Below are positions 25,168 to 29,953 of a DNA stretch of 29,953 nucleotides, piece by piece. This DNA comes from a virus. Taxonomy: Duplodnaviria; Caudoviricetes. The notes beneath the pieces were generated by a model. The model was not told the origin of the DNA, did no database searches, and worked only from the letters and a program-made list of their open reading frames with translations. The stretch spans positions 1 to 29,953 of IMG/VR virus record IMGVR_UViG_3300046009_000864. One strand, given 5' to 3'. The position numbers and the translations under genes are program-made. Position 1 is the first letter of the stretch, and every line of letters begins with the position of its first letter.

Positions 25168-26557
25168 TGCCAGCTCGCCCGGTCTTGCCTACGACCTTAA
25201 GATTGCCGCCACCGCCAGTATCCTGCGGCGAAGAGCCGGGAATAGGCTTATCAACGCCACCGGCAGCAAGCAGAGAATCACCATCATCCACGCTATCAAG
25301 CCCAAGATAGTCTCTAGCTTCGTTGGGCGTGAGAATGCCATTCTTAACCCCCGCCACAACATAGTTCATCTGATCCAGCGGAGCACCTTTCAGGAAATCC
25401 TGAGTCTGAAACTGCACATAAAGATTTGGATAGCCACCAAGAAGGCTTGTCTTTAGCTTCTGCTCAATGTTCGTGATGAACGGCATCATTGTTGACTTGT
25501 AGAACTCATCAAGCATGGTCTGCGTGTTGTTAAACTTGGACTCACCCACGCCGATCATCGCCGGAGGAACGCCGAATAAGCCAGCAATCCGCGCCATCGT
25601 TTGTTTCTTCAGCTCTCGTGCGTCTACGTCTTGCAGCGTTAAAGGCTTAATACTTTCGTACATCATACCTTGGTCTAATAACATTGACTGCCCAGGCTTA
25701 CTCAAGTCTGAGGGCTGGCTGTTTAGCATGTTTGTCCATGCTTCTTTTAGCCGCGCTGCAATCTCTTTGAACTTTGAATCGGGTATGACTTGCTCGGTAC
25801 GGAACAAGCCAGAAGGCTTTGCTCCATTCAACATAATAAAATTGCTATATAAATCTATGTCTTGATCCAGCGAAATCAGCTCGACAGCTTGCAAGCGGTT
25901 GAAAGACGAAGAACCTTGCCAAGGCTCGCTTTTAACGTGCATAACCTGGAAGTATTGCAGCGGTTCATCCTTGTTGAATCCGTAAGAAGAGCTTGTAAGC
26001 GTATAAAACGGATATCTCGTCTCAGATATACGCGGGACAATTAAGGTCGAGTCGAGAACATAGACTTCAAGCGGAACCTGCTGAGGATCGGCTTCGTTCT
26101 TTCTCCAGAGTAATACGAAAGTCTCGCCGGCCAGCTCATGCCACATCGTGAACTGATACCAGAACTCGTATTGACTCTGGAAGTTATTAGGCTGAGCAAG
26201 CAAGTTAAGAATCGACTTTGCGCGATTCTTTTCCCGCTCTGGAACCCCAGGTTCCGTTTGCGTATCGACTAAAGTGCCATCAGCTTGCCGCGACATGATC
26301 TTTACAGGCAGTTGCGCAAGCGCTCTAGCCTTAGTTCCGACGCAAGCCATGACTGTCGAGTTTCTAGCAAGCGTTGTAATGTCGAGCGAACGTCCAGCCT
26401 CATTGACAGCCGAGGTGGTTACATACAGAAGTTGATTCGATCCGTAGCCTTGCCCCTTACCTCGGAGCATGACGTTGTTACCCAAAACAGTGTTGCCGAA
26501 CAACGAATTCGACTCATTTTGGGTTGGTTTCTTGCGGAATCTGTCGAATATGCCCAT
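25160..26557 (-). CDS. Portal protein, HK97 family
   Basis: VMACV...LAQLP, LLAQPNNFQSQYEF, NGAKPSG, IAGLFGVPPAMIG and GILTPNEARDYLGL. Confidence 0.95.
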   Translation of the reverse strand: MGIFDRFRKKPTQNESNSLFGNTVLGNNVMLRGKGQGYGSNQLLYVTTSAVNEAGRSLDITTLARNSTVMACVGTKARALAQLPVKIMSRQADGTLVDTQTEPGVPEREKNRAKSILNLLAQPNNFQSQYEFWYQFTMWHELAGETFVLLWRKNEADPQQVPLEVYVLDSTLIVPRISETRYPFYTLTSSSYGFNKDEPLQYFQVMHVKSEPWQGSSSFNRLQAVELISLDQDIDLYSNFIMLNGAKPSGLFRTEQVIPDSKFKEIAARLKEAWTNMLNSQPSDLSKPGQSMLLDQGMMYESIKPLTLQDVDARELKKQTMARIAGLFGVPPAMIGVGESKFNNTQTMLDEFYKSTMMPFITNIEQKLKTSLLGGYPNLYVQFQTQDFLKGAPLDQMNYVVAGVKNGILTPNEARDYLGLDSVDDGDSLLAAGGVDKPIPGSSPQDTGGGGNLKVVGKTGRAGNA

Positions 26558-26565
26558 TTTTAGCC

Positions 26566-28224
26566 CTAAAAGACCCTGAATCCGTACGATTCAGACGGCA
26601 TCGGATTGTCTAAGCTACAGTGCATGGCGATTATGAGGGCAACGATCCCGTCGACCTTCGCATGGCGGTCAACTCCGGCCTTCTTGACCTTAATGTTGCC
26701 CTGCACATCCACAAACACTTCGCAGTTTCCCAATTGGTGGCCTAAAAACGGGTTGCCATCGTGTTTGATTTTATGGCCTAGAATAAGCCGTTCTACATGT
26801 TTGGAAGGGTTGGAAAGTACCGCCATGCCCTGCCCAACTTTTTTAACCGGCATTCCAGATTCGTATAATCTAGCCACTAGTGCGGCTGCATTGTACGCGT
26901 CATAACCGACCTCGCGTACGTCGTATTTCTGGCTTTGTCCCAGAATATACTCCGAAATCTCGCGGTCGTCCATAACATTGCCTTCGGTCAGATGCAAAAT
27001 GCCCGAATTAATAGCCTGTCGGAAAATATCCTGGTAATGCGCTGGCAATAAATCAAACCCATCCTCGGGAAGAAAGAACTTCCATTCGGCTTCGTAGTCA
27101 TCCTCGGCATAACGCTTAAGCGTACAAACCGCGTTTAGATCTCGTGTTGCTGCCAAGTCAAAACCAATAAACACAGCCTCGGGCTCACGATCTGTAAGAC
27201 CCACAGCTTCATCCCAATGCGACCGATCTACCCACGCGGTTTCGGCTGAAACGTAGACGTTTAATGTCTTGCAGAGAAACTCGTTGAGCGCTGCCGGCTT
27301 GATCTTGGCTTCCTCGCATCGAGCGGCAATCGCATCGTGTGAAACCGATATATTGTGCATCGGATTGGCTTTATGCCAGACCGTCGGGTCTCGCCAATCG
27401 TCGCCAGCATCAAGCGAATAAAGAAGCCCAAACCATCGAGGATTGTCAGGAACATCCTGATGGAGGATATGCTCCATCACCTGAAAATCCTCAAAGAACT
27501 TTGTGTCTCTTGTAAAGCTAGCAGTGGTTATGTATAGCCGAAGAGGATTAAGTCGAGATACCATCCCCGAATGCAAGACCTCAATCGCATTCCTGTCTAC
27601 GATCTGACTCGCTTCGTCAATGATCGCGCACGAAGGGTTGAGCCCGTCTCCAGTCTTTTTAGTATCTCTGGAGAGAGCTTTCATCATGCTCTGGCTGTCG
27701 CCGTTCTTCACAATCGTGAACTTGCCGAGAATGAAGAGCCTAGAGATCTCCTGCGGCAACGTTTCGACGAAGCCCTTAGCCGTCGTGAAAACAATTGATG
27801 CCTGATCGCGGTTTGTAGCGAGCGTGTAAACCTCTGCGCCAGCTTCGCCAAAGGCTAGCTCATAAAGTGCGATAAGAGCCGTCAGCGTCGATTTGCCAGC
27901 CTTGCGCGGGATGTAAACAATCACATCCTGCACCATCCGTTTACGCCGGTCTTTCTTGTGCCTAAAGCCATAGATCGCGCAAGCAATAAGGATCTGGAAA
28001 GGCTCAAGGCTTACAGAGTATCCCGCCCACTGTCCCTTTACATGCTTACAGAGACCGGCGAACTGTAGGAAGTGATTGACCGGGCTAGGATCAAAGACCC
28101 ATTCCCACTCCTTGTTTTCTATGTGATTAAGAAACCGCTGGCAGGCTAGGCGAACATTTCGACAAGCGTCGATCTCGCCTTTTACAATGCCGACAGCGTA
28201 AGCAATACCATCTTCTATTCTCAT
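26566..28224 (-). CDS. terL: Terminase large subunit (Terminase_1 family)
   Basis: IPRKAGKST (Walker A), AIIDEA (Walker B), ITTA, WHKANP, IGFDLA and KVDGIVA nuclease motifs. Confidence 0.96.
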   Translation of the reverse strand: MRIEDGIAYAVGIVKGEIDACRNVRLACQRFLNHIENKEWEWVFDPSPVNHFLQFAGLCKHVKGQWAGYSVSLEPFQILIACAIYGFRHKKDRRKRMVQDVIVYIPRKAGKSTLTALIALYELAFGEAGAEVYTLATNRDQASIVFTTAKGFVETLPQEISRLFILGKFTIVKNGDSQSMMKALSRDTKKTGDGLNPSCAIIDEASQIVDRNAIEVLHSGMVSRLNPLRLYITTASFTRDTKFFEDFQVMEHILHQDVPDNPRWFGLLYSLDAGDDWRDPTVWHKANPMHNISVSHDAIAARCEEAKIKPAALNEFLCKTLNVYVSAETAWVDRSHWDEAVGLTDREPEAVFIGFDLAATRDLNAVCTLKRYAEDDYEAEWKFFLPEDGFDLLPAHYQDIFRQAINSGILHLTEGNVMDDREISEYILGQSQKYDVREVGYDAYNAAALVARLYESGMPVKKVGQGMAVLSNPSKHVERLILGHKIKHDGNPFLGHQLGNCEVFVDVQGNIKVKKAGVDRHAKVDGIVALIIAMHCSLDNPMPSESYGFRVF

Positions 28225-28694
28225 GTGCCGAACTTAGGCCCTGCTAGGAATTCGCCCATCTTAGAGCCATCCTCAAGTTTGTTTGCCGCCAATCGAGAGC
28301 GCGGAGTAAGCCCCATCTCGTTCATTAGCTTGATGGAGTTCTCCATCGCTTTGTTTGCCAGACTGATGTAAGGATTGGGAGCGTGAGTCTTTCCACCGTT
28401 AGTCTTAACAACTAAAGGATGCTTTGCCTGCTCTTTCCTTGCGTCAATGTAAAGCTGGAGCTGGTCGGCAAGCATCATGAGAGTGTGCCTGTCCTGATCT
28501 GATCCGATACCGTACACATCGAACAGATAGTCGGCGGTCTCTTTTACAAACCTCTCGCGGTTAAATAAAGCCGGGTTGTCTGCCCACTCGGCAAACGGAA
28601 CTCTGATCTTTACCTTTTCCGGTAATGGGATGCCCGTGTTCTCTCCCTTTGTGCCGTGTACCAAATGAACTTCAGGTGGATATTTCCTCTGCAT
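28221..28694 (-). CDS. terS: Terminase small subunit (P27 family)
   Basis: PEVHLVHGT, PNPYISL and EMGLTPRSR, directly upstream of TerL with ATGA overlap. Start ATG 28694 after GAGG; the ORF track gives 28748. Confidence 0.88.
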   Translation of the reverse strand: MQRKYPPEVHLVHGTKGENTGIPLPEKVKIRVPFAEWADNPALFNRERFVKETADYLFDVYGIGSDQDRHTLMMLADQLQLYIDARKEQAKHPLVVKTNGGKTHAPNPYISLANKAMENSIKLMNEMGLTPRSRLAANKLEDGSKMGEFLAGPKFGT

Positions 28695-29904
28695 TTTCAA
28701 GCCTCGCTTTCTGTCCGGTGAATTCTTCCCATCGCTTGACGATGACATCGCAGTATTTTGGGTCTAGTTCCATCATTCGACAAGACCGACCTGTTTTCTC
28801 GCAACCAATCATCGTGCTTCCACTGCCACCAAAAAGATCTAAAACGACTTTAGCATCATGATTGGAAATTGCTTTTTCAGATAACTCAACAGGCTTTTGC
28901 GTTGGGTGAAAACTATTTTTTCCGTCTTTCTTTAATTCCCAAAGCGTATTCTCTGTTGATGCCCCGCACCATCTTAATGTTGATCCCTTTGGCTTCCAAT
29001 ACAAACAAGGTTCGTGACGTTGTTTATATTGAGCATTCATTGCTGCGTACGTTGCATTGGTTTTATGCCAAATAATCAATGCGTGAATTTCTCCTAATGA
29101 CTCTACGGATTGATAAAGTTTAAGTGGTTTAGTATCCGCAAACCACGTATAACAAGGCCCGTCGCAAAAAGATGCAATTACAGGAATAACGTCTGCGTAA
29201 ATTTGGTCGGAGTTATCGTTTACTAATTTTTCACGCTTTCGAGTGATATTGACATCACCGCTATGAAAATGTCCGCCTTCGTAATTAACCCCATAAGGCG
29301 GATCTGTAAACACCATATCTGCCTTTTTGCCCTGCATCAACTTATCAACCGCATCCACGCTCGTACTATCGCCGCACATAAGCCTATGCTTGCCTAGTAT
29401 CCAAATATCTCCGGGCTTTGTAATAGGCTCCGGTGGAGGCTCAGGAACAGCATCCTCGTCGGTCAATCCTTCGTTTACAACCTCTGGTTTAAGTGCGTTT
29501 ATTTCCTCTTCGCCAAAGCCAGTAAGACTTAAGTTTAATCCCTCAAGCTCCAACTCCTCCAACTCCAGACTAAGTAGCTCGCTGTCCCATCCGGCATTCA
29601 AGGCTAATTTGTTGTCAGCAATGATGAGAGCCTTCTTTTGAATCTCGGTTAGGTGCGATAACTCTATTGCCGGGATTTCCTCGAGGCCCAACCGCATCGC
29701 AGCCTTCAGCCTTCCGTGGCCAGCAATGATTCCTTTGTCGCCGTCGATCAGGATCGGGTTAGTCCAACCGAACTCTTTTATCGACGCAGCGATCTGCGCG
29801 ACTTGCTCGTCTGAGTGCGTCCGGGAGTTTCTTGCGTAAGGGGTGAGATCCCCCACGCGAGTCATGACGACTGAGGGAATTCCCTGTTTTTTTGTCCTAC
29901 CCAT
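28672..29904 (-). CDS. ParB-like domain fused to an N6A/N4C DNA methyltransferase (beta class)
   Basis: PYARNSRTH, SIKEFGWTNPILID and IAGHGRL (ParB/Srx). HRLMCGDS, VFTDPPY (motif IV), HPTQKP and VLDLFGGSGST (motif I). Confidence 0.93.
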   Translation of the reverse strand: MGRTKKQGIPSVVMTRVGDLTPYARNSRTHSDEQVAQIAASIKEFGWTNPILIDGDKGIIAGHGRLKAAMRLGLEEIPAIELSHLTEIQKKALIIADNKLALNAGWDSELLSLELEELELEGLNLSLTGFGEEEINALKPEVVNEGLTDEDAVPEPPPEPITKPGDIWILGKHRLMCGDSTSVDAVDKLMQGKKADMVFTDPPYGVNYEGGHFHSGDVNITRKREKLVNDNSDQIYADVIPVIASFCDGPCYTWFADTKPLKLYQSVESLGEIHALIIWHKTNATYAAMNAQYKQRHEPCLYWKPKGSTLRWCGASTENTLWELKKDGKNSFHPTQKPVELSEKAISNHDAKVVLDLFGGSGSTMIGCEKTGRSCRMMELDPKYCDVIVKRWEEFTGQKARLENAEEIST

Positions 29905-29953
29905 CCTGTTTTATCCTTTTGCAGAAAGTTAGGGGCGCCGCTTGTCTTCCCTT

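Noticed and set aside
22386-27805. Many 60-210 aa + strand ORFs antisense to capsid, portal and terminase genes
   Set aside because: They fully overlap well-supported minus-strand genes and show no recognisable motifs.
29905-29953. Possible cos/packaging site upstream of the ParB-MTase-terminase block (GGCGCC palindrome)
   Set aside because: The position is plausible for an HK97-like phage, but only 49 nt are visible and no diagnostic feature can be confirmed without terminus read data.
1-29953. Alternative genetic code, introns/inteins, tRNA genes
   Set aside because: Core genes are full length under the standard code with high coding density, TerL and portal have normal sizes, and there is no gap with a cloverleaf pattern.

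Overview
This window is about 30 kb of a tailed dsDNA phage with an HK97/lambda-like siphovirus layout. No host genes, integrase, RNA genes or CRISPR array are visible. The first 1.9 kb (+ strand) is the end of a DNA-metabolism block: a DUF1364-like Zn-finger nuclease, SSB and a YqaJ exonuclease. The rest is a tightly packed minus-strand late region. In order it encodes a ParB-DNA methyltransferase fusion, TerS, TerL, portal, an inserted P-loop NTPase, prohead protease, TWO paralogous HK97-fold capsid genes, head-tail proteins, tail tube, a tail chaperone with a clear -1 frameshift, a short tape measure, distal tail and hub proteins, and a GNAT-fold protein. Next come a tail-tip protein fused to a long Gly-Pro-Thr collagen and an S74 chaperone, a fibre module with a candidate internal promoter (second collagen fibre, LamG lectin-like proteins), a methyltransferase-GT2-TPR fusion, and a GH108 endolysin/holin cassette. 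The main candidate novel systems are: (1) a virion collagen O-glycosylation/methylation module, (2) a duplicated capsid gene pair separated by two mutually exclusive RNA hairpins, one covering the second gene's ribosome-binding site, and (3) a collagen central tail fibre about as long as the predicted tail. All product calls come from motif recognition and synteny by eye, not from database searches.
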